Virus record (IMG/VR): IMGVR_UViG_3300002307_000073
Location: 1-50,244 of that record
Source: a virus
Taxonomy: Duplodnaviria; Caudoviricetes
Length of the DNA: 50,244 nt
Direction: 5' to 3' (one strand)
A program made the translations under genes and the position numbers. This document shows, one piece after another, positions 37,394-46,444 of the stretch; within the stretch, counting starts at the first letter, position 1; every line of letters starts with the position of its first letter. The notes under the pieces are model-generated. The model was not told the origin of the DNA. It searched no databases and saw nothing but the letters and a program-made list of their open reading frames with translations.

Positions 37394-40198
37394 ATGGCAG
37401 ATTCGGGAATTGCTAAAATAGCAGACACATTAAGAAACCAAAATTCTGGTGGATTTCGTATGGCTCAACCAGCACAACCTCCAGTACAAAATATTACTGT
37501 TGTTCAGCAAGGTTCCCAATCTGTCCAAACTGGGACTACTGATGGGGATAAACAAATTGTCAGAGCATTAACTGACATATATTCTATCTTACAAACACAA
37601 TTAAATTTTGAAAGACAAGCACACCAAGAAGATAATTTAAAACAAGCATTGGTACCAAAAGAATTCCAAACTGAAATGGATTCTTCGGCAATAAGAGAAT
37701 CCAACGCACTGAGTAGTATTGATGAAAATATCAAAAAATTATTAGATAAAGATTTTCGAGGATGTTCATCAGGACTTGGAGATGTTGCTGGAGCTGCAGC
37801 AGGAATGATGGGGTTGGGAAAAGCACTAAAATCAATTATTCCTATTTTGGGAACATTTGGAACAGTTCTCGCTGGATATTCTGGAGTTTCTGGAGGATTT
37901 GCTGGGAGTGTTGCCGCTGGAGCTCTCAGAGGAGGAATTCCTGGGGCAATTGTTGGTGGATTGGGGTGGGCTGGTGGAAGAATAGTTGGAAGAAAAAAAG
38001 ATTCAGATCCAAGACTTGGAAAATGGGATGATGTTGGAAAACCCGGTTCAAAAATAAGAACTTCTGTTGATGATGGGACAAAGGCACTCTTAGACAGAAT
38101 AACACAAGGAGAAGGAACCTCTGATGAAAGGGCGAAAAAAAGTGGATTTGAGTCTGGATATGATGTTCCTTATGGTTTTGGTAAATATGGCAAACCAGAA
38201 AAACCACTATCTGAAATGACAGTTGGTGAAGTTAAAGAATTTCAAAAAAAACAAATTGCTGCGACTAGAGGAAAAATTCCAGGGACAAATCAAGGAACTG
38301 GGGCAGTTGGAAAATATCAAGTTGTTCAGGGAACTCTTGCGGCACAACAAAAGGAGTTAGGATTTTCTGATGAAGATAAATTTACTCCAGAATTACAAGA
38401 CAAAATAGGAAGAAGTTTGCTTGAAGGTAGAGGATACTCTAAGTTTAGATCTGGGAAAATTTCAGGAAAGCAATTCCAATCAAATTTATCTCAGGAGTGG
38501 GCGTCAATTGCCGATCCAAATACTGGAAGATCTAGATATGGACAATCAACTGGAACATCTTCCGAACAAATTTCACAAGCAATCGCATATTCAAAAGAGC
38601 ATAGAGAAGAACAACCAAAAGAGCAACAACCAAAAGAAGGAGAATCTGTAACAAGATTAGCAACGGCAGCAGAAGCAGAAAATACAAATTCGGAACCTTC
38701 TACATGGAGTAAATTGAAAACTTGGGCAACAAAACCTTTATGGGGAGATGGGTCAGAAGAACCAGTAAAGACAGCAACAAAAGAATCTCAAGTTCCAGAA
38801 GGTGGAAAATATGCTGAAGAAGAGTCCGAAATGGAAGAATCGAATGAACCAATTCTAACAGAAGACGGACAAGCACAAAAGTTAACAAAAGAATCTTCTG
38901 ATGGGGGATATAATGATTATTTCCAACAAATGGTTTCTTTATTATCTACAATAGCAGAAAAAGTTGGAGGAGATAAAAAGGAAGAAAATACGGAAGAAGA
39001 GGACGAAGAAGAAGAAACTTCCGAAACTGCTCAAAGAGAAGATGGGACTCAGCAAGAACCCCAATTGACAGCAAAAAAAGAATCTTCCGCGACACAACAA
39101 CAAGCATCTCCAAATTTAGTTAATTTGGGAGTAACTCCAATGACCCAACAATCAATGAATCCTATGGGAGCATTACAAGGAGTTTTGTCTACCGCTCAAC
39201 AAGGTATGATGATGGGACAAATGTTTGGTGGTATGGGTGGAGGCGGTATGGGTGGAATAGGCGGGGCAATGTCTGGTATTGGAATGGCAGGATCTGCTAT
39301 TGGATCTGCTGGATCAATATTGGGAGCATTAGGTCAAACATCTCCAATGCTATCTGGTGCTGGCAACCCTATGGGAAGTGTTATGGGAACTCTTGGTAGC
39401 ACTTCCGGTATTATGTCTGGAATCCAAGGCATTCAAAATATGGGAAGAGGAGGTATGGGTGGAGGAATGGGAGTTACCCAAGGCATATTAGGTATGGGAC
39501 AATCTGTTCTTGGTTCTGTTCAAGGATTAGGACAAGGAATCGGAAATGCTTTTGGGGGATTGTTTGGACCAACACAAAGTAAAGTTGGTACAATTGTTGA
39601 TGGAAAACCTGTCTATGGGGAAAATCAAATCAACAAATCAATGTCAACCAAACCTGTAGAAGAGGTTTCTCCAAATAAAAATAAAGTTGGACAAAGTTTG
39701 AATATTGATGCTCAAGTAAAACAGATATCTGAGATTGATCGTAAAATGAATGATCCAAATCAACCAATTGATACTAGAAGCGATCAACAAAGAGTTACTG
39801 AAGGTATTGATGCTGTATCAAAAGCAGAGCAAGAGATAAAGGCAAATCAAAATAAAGTTGGGCAAAGTTTGACATCTAGTCCAAATGTTAGTTCTTTGGG
39901 AGTTGGATCTGATTCTTCAGCAATCAACGCAAAGTATTCAATGGTTCAAGAAACTCCAAGCACTGGAGCAAAACTTGAAGGATTGACAACTACAGTTGCT
40001 TCGGCAAAAGAAGAAAGAATGGTTCCACAAGAATCACAACCAACTATTATTAATAATGGGGGAGGGGGACAATCCCAACCAGCTGGAGGTGGTTCTGGAA
40101 CTCCAACACCAGACGGTGTTATGGGTATTGATATTGGAGTCAGAACAGACGAACCAACATTACTCAGGGCACAGTATGGTTCAATTAGAACAGTATAA
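37394..40198 (+). CDS. Tape measure / gp29-like protein with a lysozyme-like (muramidase) domain
   Basis: Directly after gp26/gp51. EGT...GYDV.YG...L.EMTV.EV..FQ...A.GKYQ....TL......F.PELQD lysozyme-like motif; acidic and Gly/Met-rich tracts. Confidence 0.7.
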   Translation: MADSGIAKIADTLRNQNSGGFRMAQPAQPPVQNITVVQQGSQSVQTGTTDGDKQIVRALTDIYSILQTQLNFERQAHQEDNLKQALVPKEFQTEMDSSAIRESNALSSIDENIKKLLDKDFRGCSSGLGDVAGAAAGMMGLGKALKSIIPILGTFGTVLAGYSGVSGGFAGSVAAGALRGGIPGAIVGGLGWAGGRIVGRKKDSDPRLGKWDDVGKPGSKIRTSVDDGTKALLDRITQGEGTSDERAKKSGFESGYDVPYGFGKYGKPEKPLSEMTVGEVKEFQKKQIAATRGKIPGTNQGTGAVGKYQVVQGTLAAQQKELGFSDEDKFTPELQDKIGRSLLEGRGYSKFRSGKISGKQFQSNLSQEWASIADPNTGRSRYGQSTGTSSEQISQAIAYSKEHREEQPKEQQPKEGESVTRLATAAEAENTNSEPSTWSKLKTWATKPLWGDGSEEPVKTATKESQVPEGGKYAEEESEMEESNEPILTEDGQAQKLTKESSDGGYNDYFQQMVSLLSTIAEKVGGDKKEENTEEEDEEEETSETAQREDGTQQEPQLTAKKESSATQQQASPNLVNLGVTPMTQQSMNPMGALQGVLSTAQQGMMMGQMFGGMGGGGMGGIGGAMSGIGMAGSAIGSAGSILGALGQTSPMLSGAGNPMGSVMGTLGSTSGIMSGIQGIQNMGRGGMGGGMGVTQGILGMGQSVLGSVQGLGQGIGNAFGGLFGPTQSKVGTIVDGKPVYGENQINKSMSTKPVEEVSPNKNKVGQSLNIDAQVKQISEIDRKMNDPNQPIDTRSDQQRVTEGIDAVSKAEQEIKANQNKVGQSLTSSPNVSSLGVGSDSSAINAKYSMVQETPSTGAKLEGLTTTVASAKEERMVPQESQPTIINNGGGGQSQPAGGGSGTPTPDGVMGIDIGVRTDEPTLLRAQYGSIRTV

Positions 40199-40222
40199 AA
40201 AAAGGGGGCAATTGCCCCCTTT
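40197..40222. terminator. Probable bidirectional terminator between convergent genes
   Basis: Perfect palindrome AAAGGGGGCAATTGCCCCCTTT (40201-40222) with A/T runs on both sides. Confidence 0.8.
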
Positions 40223-40241
40223 ATCAAAAATGAATAATTAA

Positions 40242-41144
40242 TTATTCATCTTCTAGGAGTTTGGAGAAATAATCCAAATCGCCATCTTCTTCATCAGAAG
40301 ATCCACCGAATACAGATTCAATTTCATTTTCCTTATTTTCAATCTTCTGTGACTTTACAGCTTCCATAGTGTTTGAACGGGAAATATTAGCAGAAGTTAC
40401 ACCAAGAACCTTATCTAACTTAGTCTTTAATTCATCATAAGACTTAAAGTTCTTTGGATCAATAACATCCTTCAAAGAATGTTCTGACTTCCAAACCGTT
40501 TCCAATTCATCATCAGAATCCTTTAGTGGAGCAGAAGAATCAAATTCAGAAAGATCATAATTTTGATAACCATCAACCTTACGAATCTTCAACTTAAAAT
40601 TAGCACCAGTCCAAAGGTCAAATGGATCAACCGCAGCATCATCTTCAAACTGTGGATTCATCGCAGTGGTAATCTTTTCCATGATCTTCTTACCATAACG
40701 GAAAAGAAAAGTCTTACCTTCGTTTTCTGGGTGCTTTGGATCTTTTACTACATAGACATTTGAAACGTAGTGTAGTCTACGCTTTTGTTTACGAGCAATT
40801 TCTTTATTTGCTTCAATTCCAGAATTCCAAAGTTCGGAATTATATTCACTCAGAGGGTCTTGCTTACCAATTGTGGTAAGACTCTTTTCGATATACCAAC
40901 CACCATTTCCTTGGAATCCATGATCGAAGTATTTAACCCAAGGAAGTCCATCGTCCCCATCTTGTGGGGGGGCAGGAAGGAATCTAATGATGGCATAACC
41001 GTTTCCGGTCTTATCAACATCACACTTCCAGTACTTTTCTTCCCCCTCATTGTAATTTGCCGGAGAGGACATTGCCTCTACTGCCTTAGACAACTTCTCA
41101 AGAGAAGATCCAGAAGAACGCTTTAAATTAGCAAAACTTGACAT
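40242..41144 (-). CDS. gp32: Single-stranded DNA-binding protein gp32
   Basis: DK.GNGYA.IRFLP, H.FQG.GGWYIE.SLTTIG..DP, KQKRRL.Y..N.YVV.DP..PENEGK, FDLW.GANFKLKIR.V.GY.NYD.SEF; acidic tail. Confidence 0.96.
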   Translation of the reverse strand: MSSFANLKRSSGSSLEKLSKAVEAMSSPANYNEGEEKYWKCDVDKTGNGYAIIRFLPAPPQDGDDGLPWVKYFDHGFQGNGGWYIEKSLTTIGKQDPLSEYNSELWNSGIEANKEIARKQKRRLHYVSNVYVVKDPKHPENEGKTFLFRYGKKIMEKITTAMNPQFEDDAAVDPFDLWTGANFKLKIRKVDGYQNYDLSEFDSSAPLKDSDDELETVWKSEHSLKDVIDPKNFKSYDELKTKLDKVLGVTSANISRSNTMEAVKSQKIENKENEIESVFGGSSDEEDGDLDYFSKLLEDE

Positions 41145-41217
41145 ATATTAATACCTCTTAAAAAACAACTTAATACAATTTATTAACAACTTATCCACAC
41201 AGTACATAATTTACATT

Positions 41218-42777
41218 CTATTTAGTCTCCATATTCATAACAAATTTTAATTTTCCACAATCATATATTCTAGGAATTTTTAGAAAATCCATATTTTCAA
41301 ATTCTGTTTTTGTTTCATCATATTCATTAGGAAATTTCTTTTTAATCAAATCCTTCCTAAAATTGGATTTGTGGACTCTAGTTTTATTCACAATATATTC
41401 ATAATCTGGACTTAAAGTTTTTTCTAAGATAAATCCAGAATTTAAATATACATCTCCACTATGCCATCTGAGATCAGCAAATGTTATTATGCTATCCCAA
41501 ACATAACTCCTCTTAAAACATTCTAGTAATTTTGTAAACCCTCCAATAACATTATATTTTGTTGCGTATCTGTTAAGTTCAAATATTCCAGATGACCGCT
41601 TAAAAAATGTCATAACAGCACAAATTTCATTTTCATAAATTAACCCAAGATTTATTGACCCCTTTCCATTTCCTTGGATGTGAAAGGAATCTAAAAATTT
41701 TTTCTTATCTTGTGGAGAAAGTTCAATAATCATACATTTTCTAGCAAAAATCTTTTTTGTGTTAGAAATTCCTAAAATATGGAGCAATTTTGATTTTACA
41801 ATTTCGGTTTTTTGAATCCATTCATCTTCATAAATGGTCAATAATTTTATACCCTTTTCTTTACATAATTTATATTTTTGTTGATGTGAACCAACAGACT
41901 TTTTAAAAGATGAGTGATGAAATAGTCCATTATATTCAATAGCAACATTTTTTTCTGGAATAAAAATATCAACCTCTTTTCTACCAAAAAGTTTTAAATT
42001 TGGAACAACATCAAAATACTGTTCTAAAAACTTTCTAATACTTATCTCTTGTAAAGATGTTTTGTGTTGTTGGGTTATGATGTTGTGCTTTCTAAGATAA
42101 TTTCCAATAGTAACATCGGATATTCCCAATTCTTGTCCAATTTCAATTAAAAATTTTTCTTTTACAATATGTTGATCATATAACCATTCACGATCATTCA
42201 ATTTATTTAAAATATCTTCAGAAATATGTTGCTGGTTATGTGTACTTCTATCATATTTAATTTCACAAGAATTCTTTCTTTTTGTTACAAAATCCTCAGT
42301 TTTACTATAATGATCAACCCCATACTTTGATAATATTGTGGTTTTATACTTTTCTCTTATTGTGTTTGTTTTTGCTGGATTTTTATCGCCATATCTTTCT
42401 ATATTGGTCGCATCAATTTTTTTCTTCACTTCAGAAGATTGAAATGCGTGCTCAACGCCAAATCTTTCAATACAACTTTCTTTTGACTTTTCTTTAGTCT
42501 CAGAATTTAAAGTTCCACACCTTGGACAACAGAATTTAGCATATTCCTTTCTTTTCCAATTTACATTATTAATTTTACACTCAAAACATTTTGGATTATC
42601 AATAGTATTATTAACAACGTGCCAAAGTCTTTGTCTTAATGATGCCGAATCACCCAAAAATCGAGTTTCTTCCAACAAAAGAAGAAGGAACCTTTGATGT
42701 TTATATTTTAAGTTGTTTGCTGAGATAGGAGCATTCTGTATTAGAACACACCAATCTACCAACTCTTTTGAGAACAT
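41218..42777 (-). CDS. Free-standing Hef-like homing endonuclease: Zn finger, KYGV-type repeats, PD-(D/E)xK nuclease and C-terminal GNAT/Mom-like domain
   Basis: C..C and FCC..C; ERFGV/ERYGD/SKYGV repeats; E.DIFIPE...AIEYNG..HH...K...C...GI.L..I.EDEW; ARKC...FL...HIQG...ELNRYA...GGF.KLL...TFADLRW...GF...YDCG. Confidence 0.75.
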   Translation of the reverse strand: MFSKELVDWCVLIQNAPISANNLKYKHQRFLLLLLEETRFLGDSASLRQRLWHVVNNTIDNPKCFECKINNVNWKRKEYAKFCCPRCGTLNSETKEKSKESCIERFGVEHAFQSSEVKKKIDATNIERYGDKNPAKTNTIREKYKTTILSKYGVDHYSKTEDFVTKRKNSCEIKYDRSTHNQQHISEDILNKLNDREWLYDQHIVKEKFLIEIGQELGISDVTIGNYLRKHNIITQQHKTSLQEISIRKFLEQYFDVVPNLKLFGRKEVDIFIPEKNVAIEYNGLFHHSSFKKSVGSHQQKYKLCKEKGIKLLTIYEDEWIQKTEIVKSKLLHILGISNTKKIFARKCMIIELSPQDKKKFLDSFHIQGNGKGSINLGLIYENEICAVMTFFKRSSGIFELNRYATKYNVIGGFTKLLECFKRSYVWDSIITFADLRWHSGDVYLNSGFILEKTLSPDYEYIVNKTRVHKSNFRKDLIKKKFPNEYDETKTEFENMDFLKIPRIYDCGKLKFVMNMETK

Positions 42778-43349
42778 TTAATTTCCTGTAAAATAATATC
42801 TTTCATTTTATCAGAATCAAAGTGTATAAATGGATAATACTTTATACACTTCATTTTGAAATCTTTCCAAATATATTCATCTTGAATTTTATTTTCCCAC
42901 ATTCTAAAGAATTTTATTATGGAATTCAGAATAAGTAAAGTTTCTAATGAAATGGTTTCTTGTAAAACTTTTCGCATCAATATGGGAAAATCAGCATCTA
43001 CCAAAAGAACCTTGTTTAGATCATCATACTCATCCAATAGAGAAATTATATCATTCTTGAAAGTATAAGTCAAACTTTCTTTTTTCTTTTGAAACTTAAC
43101 ATATCGCTCATTACATTCTTCAGATACTAAATCAAATACCCAGACATTTTGATCCTCAATAAAATTAGAAACATAAAAATCTTCCAGATTAGTACCATAC
43201 TTTTTATCTAATTTATCAAAAATATAAACTTGATTTTTTGGTACAGTCTTTGATTTAATCTTTCCGTGATATTTGAAATAATTGTATGTGTCTGAATTAA
43301 AATGTAACTTTAGAGCATTATATAATCTATATGAATCATATGCGCTCAT
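42756..43349 (-). CDS. gp59: Helicase loader gp59
   Basis: Y.LY.ALKLHF....Y.YFKY.GK, ISLETL.IL, KY.PF; lies between gp33 and gp32; start taken at MSAYDSY. Confidence 0.85.
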   Translation of the reverse strand: MSAYDSYRLYNALKLHFNSDTYNYFKYHGKIKSKTVPKNQVYIFDKLDKKYGTNLEDFYVSNFIEDQNVWVFDLVSEECNERYVKFQKKKESLTYTFKNDIISLLDEYDDLNKVLLVDADFPILMRKVLQETISLETLLILNSIIKFFRMWENKIQDEYIWKDFKMKCIKYYPFIHFDSDKMKDIILQEIKCSQKSW

Positions 43350-43353
43350 AGTT

Positions 43354-43575
43354 TCAAATAGGCAATACCGGAATTTTCTCAAGCATATTATTTTTCATTG
43401 CTTCTTCAGCAATTTTTGCCTTGATGGATGGAGTGATTAATTTAGCAGCAACATCAACTTCCAAACCAATGGATTCGCAATATTCAGTAATTGCGTCAAT
43501 ATATCCAATCTTGTCTTTTTCTGCCAATGAAATTATCTTTGATGAAAACAATTCCATTTCTTCAAACTTTACCAT
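43354..43575 (-). CDS. gp33: Late transcription coactivator gp33
   Basis: Y.DAI..YCE...LE....AKLI...K.KI..EA...N.L...LPI. Confidence 0.88.
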   Translation of the reverse strand: MVKFEEMELFSSKIISLAEKDKIGYIDAITEYCESIGLEVDVAAKLITPSIKAKIAEEAMKNNMLEKIPVLPI

Positions 43576-43589
43576 ACAAGTCTCCTAAT

Positions 43590-43620
43590 AAAAAATACCT
43601 CCCCCAAAATTAGAGGAGGT
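43590..43620 (-). terminator. Rho-independent terminator downstream of rlpA-like gene
   Basis: Minus-strand ACCTCCTC...GGGGAGGT stem followed by a T-run. Confidence 0.6.
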
Positions 43621-43639
43621 GTATATTATACAAAATACT

Positions 43640-43975
43640 TTATTTAATTACCTCCAAAGATACTTTCGCAACTCCTTTCATATCAATTGCTGATTTTGCT
43701 GCATTAGAAAGGTCTATTACTCGTCCTCTTACGAAAGGACCCCTGTCAGTGATAGTTACAAATACGGATTTTCCATTATATAGATTTGTAACTTTTACTT
43801 TAGTCCCAAACTTTAATGTTTTATGAGCCGCCGTCAAATGTTGACTATGAAAGATTTTACCCGAGGCGGTTTTTCTACCCTCAAAACCTGGACCATACCA
43901 TGAAGCAGTTCCAGTTTGTGCCGAAGAAATGCTAGAAAAAATAAGCATTAAAGTTAAGATTGATGTAAATTTCAT
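43640..43975 (-). CDS. rlpA: RlpA-like lytic transglycosylase (double-psi beta-barrel) with signal peptide
   Basis: G.ASWYG..F.GR.TASG...LTAAH.TL.FGT.V.VTN..NG.SV.V.I.DRGPF..GR.IDLS..A; hydrophobic leader from MKFTSIL. Confidence 0.9.
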   Translation of the reverse strand: MKFTSILTLMLIFSSISSAQTGTASWYGPGFEGRKTASGKIFHSQHLTAAHKTLKFGTKVKVTNLYNGKSVFVTITDRGPFVRGRVIDLSNAAKSAIDMKGVAKVSLEVIK

Positions 43976-44117
43976 CTTTTGTCTCCTATATAACCGATTT
44001 ATGTGTCGGTCTTCTATTTGATGATTAAGATTACTTTTTTTATGTAAAAGCAAACTAAATACCAACCAAAAAATTTAGTCGGTAAAGTATTTATTATACT
44101 TTATTTTATAGTAAAAG

Positions 44118-44777
44118 TCAATGATAATGCTTATAATAGTATTTAATTTTACTAATTAGTGGATTAATATAGTCCTTTGTTGGTTTGATAAAGACTTGAG
44201 GATTTCCATCATCAACGGCAATAATAATAACAATTTGTTTAATAATAATACCAGTTAATTCAGCATAAGAGAGGGAATAAAATGTTGCTTGCTGAAAATA
44301 ATCTTCAATCCATTCTTCTTTCTTTTCTTTTGAAGATGTTTTATAATCAATAATAGAAAGAATATCATCAAATTCGGCAATCGCATCACATCTTCCAGCT
44401 ATCTGTAATCTATTGGAATATAATGGAACCTCTAGTTTATGAATATTATTGATTCTATGAAGATGTGGTTTTATTGAATAAAAACTTGCCAAAGAATCTG
44501 GCATATATTTTTTCTTATCAATTTCTTCATTTAACAGATATTTTTCACATAATAAGTGAACTTTGGTTCCACGAGAAGATGCTCTATTTGAAATTTTATT
44601 TGCTTCTTCTTCACCAACACGCTTTCGCCATTGTAATAATGAATCTTTTTTGAATTGCCCCAGAACGGTAGTAATTGAAGGATACTTTCCGCCTGGGGTA
44701 ATATAATGTCGCTTACCATCAATATTTTCTGTACTCAACTCCAATAATTCTATTGGAGGACAATGATTAAATGTCAT
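44118..44777 (-). CDS. PD-(D/E)xK (Cas4/RecB-like) exonuclease of T4-like phages
   Basis: YPSITTVL...WR.RVGEEEAN.....RGT.VH...E, AGR.D.I.....IID.KTS...K....DYF.Q...Y. Confidence 0.85.
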   Translation of the reverse strand: MTFNHCPPIELLELSTENIDGKRHYITPGGKYPSITTVLGQFKKDSLLQWRKRVGEEEANKISNRASSRGTKVHLLCEKYLLNEEIDKKKYMPDSLASFYSIKPHLHRINNIHKLEVPLYSNRLQIAGRCDAIAEFDDILSIIDYKTSSKEKKEEWIEDYFQQATFYSLSYAELTGIIIKQIVIIIAVDDGNPQVFIKPTKDYINPLISKIKYYYKHYH

Positions 44778-44781
44778 AAAA

Positions 44782-45552
44782 TTATAATCCTAATTTCTCC
44801 TTGGCAACAAGGAACTCTTTTACCAATCCCGATCTTACAATGTCATCCAAACCAAATTCTACAATACTAAATGAAGGAATCAAACTAACGATTCTAATAA
44901 AATCATTAAATCCGCTAATCTCTTTTCTTCCATCAAGATCCGTTTGTCTAAAATCTCCAGAAAAAAAGATTCTTGTTCCTTTTCCACATCTGGTTATAAT
45001 TGTAGAAAGTTCATGAATATTCATATCCTGCATTTCTTCAACAATAATCAAACAATCATCAAAAGTTGTTCCTCTAACAAAACTGGTTGATTGAAATTCA
45101 ACCACAGTTTTCTTCTTTAAGATTTCATAAGCATCCGATCTTCCAAATAAATCACCACAGATACCTTTATATGGCATTTCATATGCTGCCATCTTTTCTT
45201 TTTCATCTCCTGGAAGGAAACCAATATTTCTAGTAGGAACAGATGATCTGAATATGATTATTTTACTATAATCTTGCGAATTAATCAAGTCATTTAAGCA
45301 TAGATAAAATAATAAAAATGTTTTTCCTGTACCAGCAGAACCAGCACAAACTATATGTTTACCATCGGCATAAGAAGAGAACACTTTTCCTTGATTTTCT
45401 GTTAATGGATATATTTCTTTTAGTTGAAGTTGAGTTGCCCCAGGTGTTGTTGGTTTTCTTCTTTGCTTCTTAACAAATGAAACATCATCCACTTCATCAA
45501 TCTCATGACTTTTGAGGAATTTAGTATTTACTTTCTTTGCTACTCTTGACAT
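44782..45552 (-). CDS. phoH: PhoH-family ATPase
   Basis: PLT.NQ, G.AGTGKT Walker A, IGFLPG...EK, F.RG.TFD, GD..Q.D, DIVRSGLVK. Confidence 0.92.
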   Translation of the reverse strand: MSRVAKKVNTKFLKSHEIDEVDDVSFVKKQRRKPTTPGATQLQLKEIYPLTENQGKVFSSYADGKHIVCAGSAGTGKTFLLFYLCLNDLINSQDYSKIIIFRSSVPTRNIGFLPGDEKEKMAAYEMPYKGICGDLFGRSDAYEILKKKTVVEFQSTSFVRGTTFDDCLIIVEEMQDMNIHELSTIITRCGKGTRIFFSGDFRQTDLDGRKEISGFNDFIRIVSLIPSFSIVEFGLDDIVRSGLVKEFLVAKEKLGL

Positions 45553-45570
45553 AAACCATCCTTTTTAAAT

Positions 45571-45604
45571 AAAAAAAGGGAATATGATATAGTACCATAT
45601 TCCC
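45571..45604 (-). terminator. Rho-independent terminator between FmdB-like gene and phoH
   Basis: GGGAATATG/CATATTCCC stem followed by T7 on the minus strand. Confidence 0.6.
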
Positions 45605-45664
45605 CATTTTGGTTTTTGAAATTAGTCAATATGTTCCATGACTATCAAGAAAATGTCATCATAT

Positions 45665-45907
45665 TTAATCCCAGCGACTTTCCATTTTATGTAATGGATT
45701 TGCCCTTTTGATTTTATCTATTACTCCTTCTTTGAAATCCAGAGGTGGTCGTTTGATTCCCAATGAAACAGAATCTTGAAAATTTAATGTTGAAAAGTGT
45801 CTCTTCATATGAGGATGGTCTTCTTTAAATTTATCAAGTTCTGACATCTTTAGTGAAATTTCTTCTACTTGATCTGTTTCTGTATTTAAAAATTCATATA
45901 ATGGCAT
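45665..45907 (-). CDS. FmdB-like small regulatory protein (cysteine-less)
   Basis: MP.YEF.N.ET....E...M.E...F....P pattern upstream of phoH; GATAAATA upstream. Confidence 0.65.
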   Translation of the reverse strand: MPLYEFLNTETDQVEEISLKMSELDKFKEDHPHMKRHFSTLNFQDSVSLGIKRPPLDFKEGVIDKIKRANPLHKMESRWD

Positions 45908-45941
45908 AGTGTTTCAATAATATAGTTGTTTATAGTAATAT

Positions 45942-46070
45942 TTATCTAATGTTAGATTTTGGATCTGATTCCCAAGCAACTTGAAGTTCCGCAATCTCAT
46001 CAACGACCGTTGCGAATAGATACTCTTCGTTTTAATTGTTCACGGCAGTTCTTACATCTTTTATGTTCAT
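45942..46070 (-). pseudogene. Short interrupted remnant ORF MNIKDVRTAVNN*NEEYLFATVVDEIAELQVAWESDPKSNIR*
   Basis: ATG overlaps the upstream TGA (ATGA); one in-frame TAA at 46034-46032. Confidence 0.4.
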
Positions 46071-46444
46071 ACAACCAGACCAAAAACTAAAACCCAAGAA
46101 AGAGTAGACTCATCCCAGTAATACATTTTGCCATCATCAGGATAAGGTACTGGTGCTTCCCATTGGTAAATTGTTGTGTTCAATAACCAGCTTGGATAGG
46201 GTTTTGGTGGGATAAATGCTTGCGCCGTAACATCGAATGTATAACCAATCCCTGCATAGTTGTACCTGAAAGACGCATTGTAAGAAGTCTGCGCCCAGAT
46301 GGTGTCATCCCCATAAAGTGACTGACAAAATGCAATACCTACAGGCTCGGATTCAGGAAAAGGAAGGTTATCAATCGTCGCGTTATTAACGACAATTACT
46401 TGGGTTACTATATTTAAATGGTCTAATTGTGCAAAATACGCCAT
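46067..46444 (-). CDS. Small 'MAHFA-type' protein accompanying glycine-rich adhesins (putative fibre assembly chaperone)
   Basis: MAYFAQL...V..VIVV...W.QTSYN..FR.NYAGIGY..D...AFI.PKP..SW.L.....W.AP...P.D...Y.WDE....W; paralogue of 48540..48923. Confidence 0.7.
   Translation of the reverse strand: MAYFAQLDHLNIVTQVIVVNNATIDNLPFPESEPVGIAFCQSLYGDDTIWAQTSYNASFRYNYAGIGYTFDVTAQAFIPPKPYPSWLLNTTIYQWEAPVPYPDDGKMYYWDESTLSWVLVFGLVV

Noticed and set aside
38600-39875. Short duplications in the tape-measure-like gene (EEQPKEQQPKE; NKVGQSL twice)
   Set aside because: Small coding micro-duplications in low-complexity regions with no further structure.
14292-40198. Chromosomal tailocin or extracellular contractile injection system
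   Set aside because: No host flanking genes and no sheath gene, while T4 phage-specific gp2, gp4, gp32, gp33 and gp59 are present.
44118-44777. Cas4-like gene as evidence of CRISPR-Cas
   Set aside because: It matches the standalone PD-(D/E)xK exonuclease next to phoH in T4-like phages; no other cas genes or array.
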